NCBI GenBank assembly: GCA_918272565.1
Contig: CAKJYW010000001.1
Location: 6,353-70,352 of the forward strand
Reading direction: 5' to 3'
Source: Bacilli bacterium
GTDB lineage: Bacteria > Bacillota_I > Bacilli_A > ML615J-28 > CAG-698
Length of the DNA stretch: 64,000 nt
The notes under the pieces were generated by a model. The model was not told the origin of the DNA. It worked only from the letters and a program-made list of their open reading frames with translations, and searched no databases. Both the position numbers and the translations under genes were made by a program. Positions 50,265 to 60,262 of the stretch are shown here, one piece after another (positions within the stretch are counted from its first letter, which is position 1; every line of letters begins with the position of its first letter).

Positions 50265-51833
50265 TTATTTAACTTTCTTCAAAACTAAAACTTCGTAAGG
50301 AGAAAGTTTCTTAGGTAACTCATCTCTATTATAGTTAGATAAGACTATCTCGTAATTATCATAGTTAATTTCTAAAGCTGATATATCTTCAAAGTTGCAT
50401 ATTACTAAATATTTATCGTTATCATAAAATCTTTCAAATATAAATATAGTATCATCAACGCTTAAGTCTTTAAATTCTCCTATTGTAAAAGCATCAAGTC
50501 TTCTTAGATTTAATATCTTTTGATAGAAACGATAAATTGATTTATCTTTACTTAAATCGTTTTTTAGATTAATTTCTTTATAAGATGTTGATATCTTTAA
50601 CCAAGGATCTCCTTTACTAAAACCACTATTAAAAGAATCATCCCAACTAAAAGGATGCCTTGGGTTATCACGACTACCAAAATTAAGCTCTTCGATTGCT
50701 TCTTCTTTGCTTACTTTTTTAATTCTTTCATTGTAATAATTAATGCTTTCAATATCATTAAAATCGCTTAATTCATTAAATTTAGAATTAACTGCCCCAT
50801 ATTCAATTCCTTGATAAATAAAAGGAATTCCTCTTAATAAATAAGTCATTGAGGCAATGCATGTAGCTGATTCGAAGTAGTAATCGCTACTACCTAGTCT
50901 ACTAATCATAAATGACTGATCATGATTATCAGTAAATAAGGTGTATATTAAATCGTTATCTTGGAAGGTGCTACACCATTTAGATAAAACATTACGATAT
51001 TCGTATAATTTTGGATTTCCTCTTTTGAATTTAGTGATTCTAGTTACATCAAAGTGATCAAATTGAAAGAGAGTTGATAGTTCGCATCTTTCTTTAGCAA
51101 TCTTTGCCTTAATTTCTTCAATATCTCTTGATCCACATTCACCTACTGTAAATACATTAAATGAAGAGAATAGTTCTCTAATGTATTTATGTAAATTAGG
51201 ACCATTACCAATTCTATTTTCTTTTAAATCTTTTGATATTAAATCGATAACATCGCATCTAAAGCCATCTACGCCAAGATTAACCCAATAAGCGATAACT
51301 TTTTTCATTTCGCTTCTTACATCTTCATTATCCCAATTTAAATCAGCTTGGGTGATAGCAAATGAGTGAAGATAGTACTTCTCTTTTTCTGTGTCGTATT
51401 CAAAAGCTGAACCACCAAATATAGAATTAATAGGTAGTGGTGAATCAAACCAATAATAGAAATTACTATATTTGTTTTCTTCTTTTTTCCTTGATTCTAT
51501 AAACCATTTAGATTTTGTAGAAGTGTGGTTCCCAACAAAATCCATAATTAAATACATTTCTCTTCTATGAAGTTCGCTAACTAATGACTTAAAATCATCA
51601 AGCGTTCCATACATCGGATCAATATCATAATAATCCTCTATATCATAGCCATTATCATCTTGAGGAGATTTATAAATAGGACAAATCCAAATAGCGTTAA
51701 TTCCTAAGTCCTTTAAGTAATCAAGTTTATCAATTATTCCCTTAATATCTCCTATTCCATCGCCATTTGAATCATAAAAGCTTTTAGGATAAATTTGGTA
51801 AATATTTAGTTTTAAATAATCAAAATTAATCAT
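50265..51833 (-). CDS. GH13 alpha-glucosidase (oligo-1,6-glucosidase / trehalose-6-phosphate hydrolase family)
   Basis: N-terminal YQIYPKSFYDSNGDGIGDIKGII, GFRCDVIDLI (catalytic Asp), GECGS (Glu), NHDQ. Confidence 0.85.
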   Translation of the reverse strand: MINFDYLKLNIYQIYPKSFYDSNGDGIGDIKGIIDKLDYLKDLGINAIWICPIYKSPQDDNGYDIEDYYDIDPMYGTLDDFKSLVSELHRREMYLIMDFVGNHTSTKSKWFIESRKKEENKYSNFYYWFDSPLPINSIFGGSAFEYDTEKEKYYLHSFAITQADLNWDNEDVRSEMKKVIAYWVNLGVDGFRCDVIDLISKDLKENRIGNGPNLHKYIRELFSSFNVFTVGECGSRDIEEIKAKIAKERCELSTLFQFDHFDVTRITKFKRGNPKLYEYRNVLSKWCSTFQDNDLIYTLFTDNHDQSFMISRLGSSDYYFESATCIASMTYLLRGIPFIYQGIEYGAVNSKFNELSDFNDIESINYYNERIKKVSKEEAIEELNFGSRDNPRHPFSWDDSFNSGFSKGDPWLKISTSYKEINLKNDLSKDKSIYRFYQKILNLRRLDAFTIGEFKDLSVDDTIFIFERFYDNDKYLVICNFEDISALEINYDNYEIVLSNYNRDELPKKLSPYEVLVLKKVK

Positions 51834-52356
51834 TATTATTCCTTAAAAGTTCAATTGCTTCTTCCATCGTTACACTATTAACAAGCTCTTCCCACACATC
51901 GTCGTTATAATAATTGTAAGTAAGTTCAGCACTCATATAAGGGTTATCGAATGTTGAATTAGTGCCTTCTGGGATAATTACTTCATAACCTTTTTCAAAT
52001 GCTGATTTGATTGTACAATCGATGCAATAATTTGTTTGTAACCCAATAATCATTAACCTTTTATCTTTTTGATTATCCATATACTCTTTAAAAGATTCGT
52101 TACCGAAACAACTATTGATCGTCTTTGTATATACCTTTTCGTTTGGCTTTAATTCAATTTCATCGATTAATTCAAAGTCTTCTTCACCTATAGTTAATCC
52201 ACTACCACTCCCTGCATCGTGCTTAAAGAAGATTATTTCTACATTACTCTTTCTTGCTTCTTTAATTAATGTTAGAGTTCTATTTAAGAAATTTTGGTAA
52301 TCGTATAGTTCATCAACGACTAACCCTTTTTGCATATCTATTACAAGTAAAATCAT
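51826..52356 (-). CDS. Isochorismatase-family cysteine hydrolase
   Basis: MILLVIDMQKGL (catalytic Asp), K in IFFKH, and nucleophile Cys in GLQTNYCIDCT. SD AAAAAGGTGA supports the start at 52356, directly after the dinB stop. Confidence 0.7.
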   Translation of the reverse strand: MILLVIDMQKGLVVDELYDYQNFLNRTLTLIKEARKSNVEIIFFKHDAGSGSGLTIGEEDFELIDEIELKPNEKVYTKTINSCFGNESFKEYMDNQKDKRLMIIGLQTNYCIDCTIKSAFEKGYEVIIPEGTNSTFDNPYMSAELTYNYYNDDVWEELVNSVTMEEAIELLRNNND

Positions 52357-52357
52357 A

Positions 52358-53566
52358 TTATTCACCTTTTTTATCTTTTTCACTAAAAGAATAATATCCT
52401 TTTTTAATAGTATCTTTACCAAATCGTTTATTTACATTTGATAAAATCTTTTTAAGTTCTTCCTCTTTTTCGATTTCATTTAAATCATCAAACAAAGATA
52501 GTTGTCTTTGCTTTACTTCTTTTGCTTTAAACGTCCTTTGACAGTACCCACAAACGTACCTTATTCCAATATCTGCATCACAGTAATCATCGAACAAATC
52601 TTCTAAAATATCATAGATTTCATATTCGTTTGATATTCCTTCTTCAATCGATTTACTCTTTGTTATTGTATAGTTATTAATATCTCGAACTCTTAAGCCG
52701 ATTGTTTTGGCTTTATAATTATTCTTTTCTAAGCTATTAGATAAAGAGCCGCTTATTAGCTTTATAATTCTTTTGATCTCTTTAATATCGTATTCAATAT
52801 CAATGAAAGTGTGAGCGTTACTAACTGATTGGAAGTCTTCATGAATCTCACTATCAACTATCGAATCATCAATTCCATTAGCTAGTTCTACTAGATATTT
52901 AGCGCTTTGCTCTCCTACTGTTTTAACTAATAGTTCTTTATTTTTAAAGTTAGCTAGATCTCCTATAGTTTTAATCCCAATAGCATTAAGTTTTGGAGCC
53001 GTCTTTTTACCTACACCAATCATATCAGATACTTTTAAAGGCCAAAGGAGCTTATCGATTTCTCTTTTTCTTAAAATGGTAATTCCCATAGGCTTTTTCA
53101 TATCACTAGCCATCTTAGCTAAAAACTTATTTGGAGCGATACCAATTGAAGAAGGTAAATTATATTTTTCATATAATTCTGTTTGCATCTTTTTAGCTAG
53201 TTCTACATAATCGCAATTTAAATCTGTTACATCTAAGAATGCTTCATCGATTGAAGCCATCTGAACATTTTTAGTTATTGTTAGTAAGTAATGATAAAAC
53301 TTTCTTGAGTAGCTCACATAAAGCTCATAATCAGGCTCCACCACAACAATGTTCTTACAGAGCTCAAAAGCTTCTTTTACTCTCATTGGTGCTTTAATAC
53401 CGTATTTACGGGCTTCATAGCTTGGAGAAACGATAATTGAGCGTTGGAAAGGATCATCATGAGCAATGACAACAGGCTTTCCTTTAAGCTCAGGATTTTC
53501 GCTAATTTCACACGAAGCAAAAAAAGCATTCATATCAATATGGAAAATAATTCTAGAAGTTTTCAT
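52358..53566 (-). CDS. dinB: DNA polymerase IV
   Basis: IFHIDMNAFFASCE, SIDEAFLD and the GIG...KLNAIGIKTIGDL helix-hairpin-helix. Confidence 0.9.
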   Translation of the reverse strand: MKTSRIIFHIDMNAFFASCEISENPELKGKPVVIAHDDPFQRSIIVSPSYEARKYGIKAPMRVKEAFELCKNIVVVEPDYELYVSYSRKFYHYLLTITKNVQMASIDEAFLDVTDLNCDYVELAKKMQTELYEKYNLPSSIGIAPNKFLAKMASDMKKPMGITILRKREIDKLLWPLKVSDMIGVGKKTAPKLNAIGIKTIGDLANFKNKELLVKTVGEQSAKYLVELANGIDDSIVDSEIHEDFQSVSNAHTFIDIEYDIKEIKRIIKLISGSLSNSLEKNNYKAKTIGLRVRDINNYTITKSKSIEEGISNEYEIYDILEDLFDDYCDADIGIRYVCGYCQRTFKAKEVKQRQLSLFDDLNEIEKEEELKKILSNVNKRFGKDTIKKGYYSFSEKDKKGE

Positions 53567-53590
53567 TTTTTTCTTCCTTTTTTTTATTTA

Positions 53591-53601
53591 GTGTGGTATA
53601 A
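53591..53601 (+). promoter_or_regulatory. Extended -10 promoter element TGgTATAAT for the small membrane protein gene
   Basis: gtgTGgTATAATatc lies about 45 nt upstream of the GTG start. Confidence 0.4.
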
Positions 53602-53648
53602 TATCGATAGTATTTTTATAGCTTAAGATAATTGTTGAGGTGAGAAAA

Positions 53649-53849
53649 GTGAAAAAAGATAAAGAAAACAAGAAAGATCCATATATTAAGACTAAGCAAA
53701 AAGCTAACGGTGGAATCGAAGTAGAAATGCCTAAATCTCCATCTAAGACAGTTACTGGTAAAGTATTTGCCATACTTGTTGCAGTATTAACAATTGGCGT
53801 TCCTGTTATTTCACTAATTTATTTATTGATCAGATATATGATTGGTTAA
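53649..53849 (+). CDS. Small basic membrane protein (66 aa), hypothetical
   Basis: SD GAGGTG 6 nt before GTG 53649. Lys-rich N-terminus and one C-terminal TM helix (VFAILVAVLTIGVPVISLIYLLI). A terminator follows. Confidence 0.4.
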   Translation: MKKDKENKKDPYIKTKQKANGGIEVEMPKSPSKTVTGKVFAILVAVLTIGVPVISLIYLLIRYMIG

Positions 53850-53866
53850 TAAAAAGTTATTAAAAT

Positions 53867-53899
53867 TCCCAAACATAAGTTTGGGATTTTTTTATTTTT
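53867..53899 (+). terminator. Rho-independent terminator (TCCCAAAC-ataa-GTTTGGGA + T-run) between the small ORF and the recN 3' end
   Basis: Perfect 8-bp GC-containing stem. The recN stop codon lies inside the T-run. Confidence 0.55.
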
Positions 53900-55538
53900 G
53901 TTTTAATAACTCTTTCGCAAAATTAATTGATGCTTCAGTTTCTTCTCCAAATGAAGCCATCTTACTTATTTCACTAATTCTTTCATCAATTGAAAGTTCT
54001 TTTATCTTAGTTATTGTTCTACCATTTTCAACTTGTTTAGTGATATTAAGTTGAGTTGTAGCGCTTGATGCAACCTGTGCAAGGTGCGTAACACAAAGCA
54101 CTTGCGCATATTCGCCGATTTCTTTAATCTTTTTCGCAATAGAATACGCTACAAGTCCACTAACTCCACTATCAATCTCATCGAAAATCAAAGTCTTGTT
54201 TTTGAATTTATTAGATGAAATGGCTTTTAAAGCTAGCATAAAACGAGAAAGCTCACCACCACTTGCAACTTTATATAAAGGTTTCAAATCTTCACCTTTA
54301 TTAAAAGTAATATTAATTTCAATATCATCTATACCATTCTTTTTAAAATTATCTTTGTTTGATACTACTTTAATTTCTAGTAATGTGGAAGCTAGTTGTA
54401 AATCATCTAAATTAGTTTTTATCTCTTTTTCAATAAACTTTGCTTGGCTAATTCTTTCTTGACTTATCTCTAAAGCAACATCTAAGACATCTTTCTTTAA
54501 TTTAGTGACTTCTTTTTCTAATTCTTCTTTAATATAGTCAAAATTCTCAATTGAGTTAATTTGTTTCTCTAAATTATTATAATAATCGACTAATTCAACA
54601 GTATTTAGCTTATATTTTCTCTTTAGGTTAGAATAAACTCCAAGTCGATCATTGATTTCATCAAACTCATTTTGATTGAAATCGAGTTTTGATATAGTTT
54701 GTTTTACTGATTCATAAGTATCTAAGATATCATAATAAGAATCTTCCAATAATTCTTTGTATTCCTTAATACGATTATTATATTCTCCTGCTTTCTCTAA
54801 ATAGTTAATTGAAGAATAAATGTTATCTAAGATATTGTTGTTATCAAATGTTTCAACAAACTCACCTACATTAGAAGAAATCTTTTCGTAATTGTTTAAA
54901 AGGTTAAGTTGTTCTTTTAAATCCTCTTCTTCTTTAGCGCTTAAATTAGCTTTCTTAAGTTCATCAAATTGATATTTCAAAAAATCAAGTTTTTGATTGT
55001 TCTCAAGCTCATTTTTAAGTAATGTCTGATATTCTTTATTTTTCTTGTTATATTCTTTTAAAAGGTTAGAATAAGTAACTAGTCTCTCTTTAACAATATC
55101 CGTATCAACAAAATCAAAATAATTCTTCGGGTTTGTTAATTTCTCATTATCAAATTGTGTATGGATTGAGCCAAGCATTAATCCAAGCTCATTAAGTAGA
55201 TTTAAAGAAACGGCTTCGTTATTTATCTTACAAACGCTCTTGCCATTTTCATAAATCTCTCTTTTGATGATTAGAAAGTCATCTAGATCTATTTCGTTAT
55301 CTTTTAGAAAAGCATCAGTTTCAGTTGTGTTTGTAAATATACCTTCAACAGTTGCTTTGTTTTCTCCTTTTCTAACTAGATCGCTAGATGCTCTATCACC
55401 AAATAATAGTCCAATCGCATCGATTATTAAAGACTTACCAGCTCCAGTTTCACCAGTTAGAACTGTCATCTTATCTTTAAATTCGATTTGGATATTATCA
55501 ATTATGGCAAAGTTTTTAACATACATTGACTCAAGCAT
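53892..55538 (-). CDS. recN: DNA repair protein RecN
   Basis: Walker A GETGAGKS, SMC-like coiled coil, C-terminal LSGGELSRFMLALK and LIFDEIDSGVSG. SD AGGTGA supports the start at 55538 (MLESMYVKNFAII). Confidence 0.9.
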   Translation of the reverse strand: MLESMYVKNFAIIDNIQIEFKDKMTVLTGETGAGKSLIIDAIGLLFGDRASSDLVRKGENKATVEGIFTNTTETDAFLKDNEIDLDDFLIIKREIYENGKSVCKINNEAVSLNLLNELGLMLGSIHTQFDNEKLTNPKNYFDFVDTDIVKERLVTYSNLLKEYNKKNKEYQTLLKNELENNQKLDFLKYQFDELKKANLSAKEEEDLKEQLNLLNNYEKISSNVGEFVETFDNNNILDNIYSSINYLEKAGEYNNRIKEYKELLEDSYYDILDTYESVKQTISKLDFNQNEFDEINDRLGVYSNLKRKYKLNTVELVDYYNNLEKQINSIENFDYIKEELEKEVTKLKKDVLDVALEISQERISQAKFIEKEIKTNLDDLQLASTLLEIKVVSNKDNFKKNGIDDIEINITFNKGEDLKPLYKVASGGELSRFMLALKAISSNKFKNKTLIFDEIDSGVSGLVAYSIAKKIKEIGEYAQVLCVTHLAQVASSATTQLNITKQVENGRTITKIKELSIDERISEISKMASFGEETEASINFAKELLKQK

Positions 55539-55539
55539 A

Positions 55540-57327
55540 TTAGTCACCTATTTCACTTATAATGGTATTAATATCTAGACCTAATTCTTTCTTAATTTCA
55601 TCGATTGTTCCTTCTTTAATTACTCCATCAACAAAATATGGAATGATCTTGATATTAAGGTTTTGTTTATATATAAAGCTAGATACGGCTTCAAAAAGGG
55701 ATGCTGTCTTAATAACTTCTTCATAAATTATTAAAGTAGTTCCATCTAACTTCATTATTAATTCTTCGTCAATTGGCTTAATAAAGATAGCATTAATTAA
55801 ACCAATATCTTTTAAAGCGTCTTGAATAGCCTTATTAAAATCATTGACGTTTTCGCCATAAGTTAAAACATTAACTTTAGTTAAGTTTCTTACAATATTC
55901 CATTTACCAAAAGAAACGAAAGAATCAACGCTATTAATTAAAGTATTACGCTTAGGATAGCGAATTACAAATGGATGCTTTGTAATAACCGCTAAATCAA
56001 GTAAAGCGTTAAGTTCTGATGCGTTAGATGGCATTGTAATAATGAAATTATTCAAATGATTAAATAAAGCGATATCGTAAATTCCTTGATGCGTTGAGCC
56101 GTCACTTGGAACGATGCCACTTCTATCGATTAAAAATATAACGTGGCCATTTACCCTATTGATATCATTGTTTAGCTCGTCGTATGCTCTTTGGATAAAT
56201 GTTGAATAGACTGAAACAATTGGAATAGTATCAAATCTACTCATTGAAGCTCCAATTAAAACAGCTAATTCTTCATTTATTCCAACATCAATTATTCTAT
56301 CTTTATATAGTTTCTTTATCTCTTCTAAGCCTGATCCAAAGGACATTGCAGGAGTGATGACTTTAATCTTAGGGTTTTCTTCTACCTTTGTTAGTAAAGT
56401 CTTACCAACTAAAGCACTCCAAGAAATCATATTAGGATCTTGTTTTATTAAAGGCTTACCTGTAGTTAAATCGAATGGCGCAACCCCGTGCCAAGCACCT
56501 ATTTCATCATTTTCGGAATGCTCGTATCCTTTACCTTTTTTAGTCTTGATATGCAAAACTATTGACTCATTATAGTTTTTAGCATATGTCAAATAATTAA
56601 CAAGTTCTTTCATATCATGACCATCGATTGGTCCTAAATATTTAAAACCTAAAGATGTAAAGATATTATGATGATAAACTAGAGCTTTCAAGCCTTCACG
56701 AACGAATCTAAATGTGAATTTTCTAAATAGTTGGTAGGATTTCTTAATTCTAATTCCACTAAATTTCTTAGCTATTCCCCCAACGTTTTTACTAATTGAC
56801 ATTTCATTATCGTTCATAATGATGATGACTTTGTTCTTTTTATTTTCTGCTAAATAATTAAGACTTGATAGAGCTAGTCCATTAGCAAATGATCCGTCTC
56901 CAATTATAGAAACTATTTCACCGATCTCGCTTGGATTAATCTTCTTAGCTTCTAAAAAGCCAATTGCAGCACCAATCGAAGTTGAAGAGTGGCCACTTTC
57001 CCAAACATCGTGCTCACTCTCAGCGTAACTTGGGAATCCACTCAAACCATCCTTTTGTCTTAAAGTAGAAAATTTATCGATTCTACCTGTAATAATCTTG
57101 TGAGTATAATCTTGATGACCTACATCAAAGATTAGTTTATCAAAAGGTGAATCAAAAACATAATGAAGGGCTAGTGAGAGCTCAACTACCCCTAAATTAC
57201 TAGATAGGTGGCCACCTGTTTTACTAACTTCATCAATTATGAATTTTCTAATCAAGTCAGCTTGATTTTGAAGTTCTTTAGTATTAAGTTTTTTTATTTC
57301 TTCTAGGCCTAATATCCTATCTTCCAT
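55540..57327 (-). CDS. dxs: 1-deoxy-D-xylulose-5-phosphate synthase
   Basis: Thiamine-diphosphate motifs GGHLSSNLGVVELSLALH and GDGSFANG, plus the transketolase-like C-terminus. Confidence 0.9.
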   Translation of the reverse strand: MEDRILGLEEIKKLNTKELQNQADLIRKFIIDEVSKTGGHLSSNLGVVELSLALHYVFDSPFDKLIFDVGHQDYTHKIITGRIDKFSTLRQKDGLSGFPSYAESEHDVWESGHSSTSIGAAIGFLEAKKINPSEIGEIVSIIGDGSFANGLALSSLNYLAENKKNKVIIIMNDNEMSISKNVGGIAKKFSGIRIKKSYQLFRKFTFRFVREGLKALVYHHNIFTSLGFKYLGPIDGHDMKELVNYLTYAKNYNESIVLHIKTKKGKGYEHSENDEIGAWHGVAPFDLTTGKPLIKQDPNMISWSALVGKTLLTKVEENPKIKVITPAMSFGSGLEEIKKLYKDRIIDVGINEELAVLIGASMSRFDTIPIVSVYSTFIQRAYDELNNDINRVNGHVIFLIDRSGIVPSDGSTHQGIYDIALFNHLNNFIITMPSNASELNALLDLAVITKHPFVIRYPKRNTLINSVDSFVSFGKWNIVRNLTKVNVLTYGENVNDFNKAIQDALKDIGLINAIFIKPIDEELIMKLDGTTLIIYEEVIKTASLFEAVSSFIYKQNLNIKIIPYFVDGVIKEGTIDEIKKELGLDINTIISEIGD

Positions 57328-57347
57328 AGTGACTCACCACCGTATAT

Positions 57348-57527
57348 TTATTCGTTTGCTTTTTTTAATACAACTTCTTTTGCTTCTTCTAACTTCTTAG
57401 TACAGTCTTTAGCTAGTTCCATCCCTCGCTCATATTTCTTGATGGCTTCATCAAGTGTCAATTCACCTTTTTCAAGTTCAGAAACGATGTCTTCTAATTC
57501 CTTTAATAATTCTTCAAATTTTTCCAT
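57348..57527 (-). CDS. xseB: Exodeoxyribonuclease VII small subunit (59 aa; not in ORF track)
   Basis: Minus-strand translation MEKFEELLKELEDIVSELEKGELTLDEAIKKYERGMELAKDCTKKLEEAKEVVLKKANE matches the canonical XseB pattern. It sits between xseA and dxs. Confidence 0.8.
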   Translation of the reverse strand: MEKFEELLKELEDIVSELEKGELTLDEAIKKYERGMELAKDCTKKLEEAKEVVLKKANE

Positions 57528-57529
57528 TT

Positions 57530-58864
57530 TTATTTCCTTTTTTCTTTTACTTTAGCATTTAAGCTTCCATCAGATAATCTAATTGATACATCATCATCAA
57601 TTTCTACTAAATCAACTGAAGTAATTAATTTATCATCTTTATAAACCAATGAATATCCTTTTTTCATTAAATTTAAAGGATTTAGAATAACCATCTTATT
57701 GATATTGTTTTCTAAATAAATTTCTTTATCATTAATGAAATTACTAAAATTTACATTTAGTTTCTTCTTATCTTCTTCTAGATAAGCTTTAACATCATCA
57801 ATTCTTTTTAAAATGTTAATTGCCTTAAGTCGCTTTTCTAAATGAAGCAAATTATCACTAAACCTGTCTATTTTATTAATTGGGCTATTTAGATTAAGAC
57901 GGTCTATTGTTGATGCGAGATTAAATTCAAGCTTTTCTAAATATTCATTAAAGTTCTTGAAATAGTGTTTTTCAGTTGCTTTTTCTAATCTTATAATTTT
58001 ACCATCAATTATATTATTAATAGAATTAGTTAATTTTACTTTTAAATTATATAAATCTTTTAATAATAATTCTTTGTCATGAGTTACTCTAACAGCTGCT
58101 CCTGTTGGAGTAGGGGCTCTAAAGTCACTAACAAAATCACAAATAGTGTAATCTGCTTCGTGGCCTACCCCACTAACAATCGGAGTATTAGCATTATAGA
58201 TAGTTCTTGCAAGCTCTTCATCGTTAAAGCATGATAAATCTTCAAAACTTCCACCACCACGAGCAATAATACAAACATCTAAATTGTCTTTATCCATTCT
58301 CTTTATAGCACTAATTAAAGAAGCTGGTGCATCAGTTCCTTGAACTAAGGCAGGATATAATGTAAGTGATGCTAGGGGAAAACGTTTAGAGATTGTTGAA
58401 GCAATATCGTGTAAAGCATCAGCAGTCTCAGATGTAATTACTCCAATATTCATTGGATATTCTGGGATTGGCTTCTTATGAGCCTCATCAAATAGACCTT
58501 CTTTGGCTAACTTTTCTTTTAATTTAAGAAATTCTTGATATAAAAGTCCTAGCCCATATTCTTGCATACTAGTAACGATTAAAGAATATGTTCCTCTTTT
58601 CTCATATAGTTGCAATGTGGCTTTAACGATTACTTTAACTCCATCACTAACTTTAAAGTTAAGACTAGCCACATTGTTTTGAAACATGATGGCACTTATT
58701 TCGCTATTTTCATCTTTTAAAACGAAATATAAGTGACCTTTAGAGATTCTCGCATTAGAGATTTCTCCTTGAATTGGCATGTTCTTTAGATTGATGTCTG
58801 AATCAATTTTAGCAGCTAAGTATCTATTAATCGCCGTAACCGTAAGGTATCTTCTATTTTCCAT
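57530..58864 (-). CDS. xseA: Exodeoxyribonuclease VII large subunit
   Basis: OB fold (ISNARISKGHLYFVLKD) and catalytic region GVITSETADALHD, ARGGGS. Confidence 0.85.
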   Translation of the reverse strand: MENRRYLTVTAINRYLAAKIDSDINLKNMPIQGEISNARISKGHLYFVLKDENSEISAIMFQNNVASLNFKVSDGVKVIVKATLQLYEKRGTYSLIVTSMQEYGLGLLYQEFLKLKEKLAKEGLFDEAHKKPIPEYPMNIGVITSETADALHDIASTISKRFPLASLTLYPALVQGTDAPASLISAIKRMDKDNLDVCIIARGGGSFEDLSCFNDEELARTIYNANTPIVSGVGHEADYTICDFVSDFRAPTPTGAAVRVTHDKELLLKDLYNLKVKLTNSINNIIDGKIIRLEKATEKHYFKNFNEYLEKLEFNLASTIDRLNLNSPINKIDRFSDNLLHLEKRLKAINILKRIDDVKAYLEEDKKKLNVNFSNFINDKEIYLENNINKMVILNPLNLMKKGYSLVYKDDKLITSVDLVEIDDDVSIRLSDGSLNAKVKEKRK

Positions 58865-59276
58865 CTTCTATCCTTTTAGCTATTTTATCTAGTAGAGCAT
58901 TATTAAATTTAGCAGAATTAAAATCATCTACTTTAGAATACTCATGGCTCAAATTGACAATCTCATTAATTACAATATTCTTTGGAGTATCAGTGTATTT
59001 AAGCTCATAAACACCAATTCTAATTAATGCTCTATCAACATAACTTAATCTATCGATAGTGTAATTAGTTAGAGATATCGCAATATATCTATCAATTACA
59101 TCAAGATGTTCTTTTACTCCATTAACTAATTCATTAAAGAATTCTTCGTCATATTCGTTTTCACTATCAATTAAGCTACCGATGTAGTCGCTTTCTTCTT
59201 TCGAATAATCGTTTTTCATGAGATCATCATGATATAAAACAATCATCGCTTTTATTCTTGAAATTGTTCGTTTCAT
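58854..59276 (-). CDS. nusB: Transcription antitermination factor NusB
   Basis: RxxAxxxLY-type N-terminus (RIKAMIVLYHDD) and DRALIRIGVYEL. Confidence 0.8.
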   Translation of the reverse strand: MKRTISRIKAMIVLYHDDLMKNDYSKEESDYIGSLIDSENEYDEEFFNELVNGVKEHLDVIDRYIAISLTNYTIDRLSYVDRALIRIGVYELKYTDTPKNIVINEIVNLSHEYSKVDDFNSAKFNNALLDKIAKRIEDGK

Positions 59277-59284
59277 TTTACCAC

Positions 59285-60247
59285 CTACGCAATTTCTCTG
59301 GCATTATTAATACGATATAAGACAAACAAATAGTACACCGCAAATCCAAAGATGTAATATCCAACAAAAGTGATATTAATCCACATTATTCCAAATAGGA
59401 TTAATGTTGGGATAATAGAGGCGATTGCGGCAATATTATAGTATTCTTTGAATTTCTTAAGTCTTCCATTCTTCCTAAAGAATAAAAAGAACATAAAGGA
59501 AATTATCAAAGTAAAGACAACAGAGAAGAAAAATGTTGTCATTGAATATTCAGTAACTAATGTTGGGGTGTGACCTTTTAACAGCATTGAAAGTAAATAT
59601 GTCTTACCAAACAAAGCATCACTTTGAAATTCGCTAAATTTAAAGTCTTTAATAGTATCATAATAAGCTGATAGATAAAGACTCTTTAGCTTACTTCCGC
59701 TTCTTTCAACATTAGCGCTATCAATTCCTGTTGGATATGCTTGATAATAGATTCTTTCTTTTCTAAAGATAATTAGATAATAATCTTCATCATCAATATT
59801 AGGATAAGCCTCATCTGAATAAGTGAACTTTCTTTCAGGATAATATTGAGCTTTTCCTTCTTCATCAAATAAGTCAATAACAAATTTGATGTTTACTTTC
59901 TTATTATCTTCGTTAACATAATTTAGATCTATTTCATATAATGATTCATCCATGTTGCTACATTCAAGCATATGGTCATCATTCGCAAAGCATTCTTTGC
60001 TTTCTAGTTCTTTAAAAACATTTGATGTTTCTTCATTAACTACAATATCGTTAATTCCTTGTAAATATAGATAATTGTTTTCTGTAACCATCTTATCTAA
60101 TGTTCTATTTAAATAAGGCTTAACCGGAATAGTTAATAAATAACTAGATAAAATAAAGATACAAATAGATATTAGGATACTCATAAAACGGTACTTAGCC
60201 ATTTTAGAAGGTATCACTAATGATTTTAAAAAGTTTAATACAGCCAT
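59285..60247 (-). CDS. Hypothetical membrane protein (N-terminal TM, extracytoplasmic domain, C-terminal 3 TM)
   Basis: Hydrophobicity only; 9 nt from nusB and 16 nt from the 961-aa gene, so probably co-transcribed. Confidence 0.4.
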   Translation of the reverse strand: MAVLNFLKSLVIPSKMAKYRFMSILISICIFILSSYLLTIPVKPYLNRTLDKMVTENNYLYLQGINDIVVNEETSNVFKELESKECFANDDHMLECSNMDESLYEIDLNYVNEDNKKVNIKFVIDLFDEEGKAQYYPERKFTYSDEAYPNIDDEDYYLIIFRKERIYYQAYPTGIDSANVERSGSKLKSLYLSAYYDTIKDFKFSEFQSDALFGKTYLLSMLLKGHTPTLVTEYSMTTFFFSVVFTLIISFMFFLFFRKNGRLKKFKEYYNIAAIASIIPTLILFGIMWINITFVGYYIFGFAVYYLFVLYRINNAREIA

Positions 60248-60262
60248 ATTATCACCATAAAA

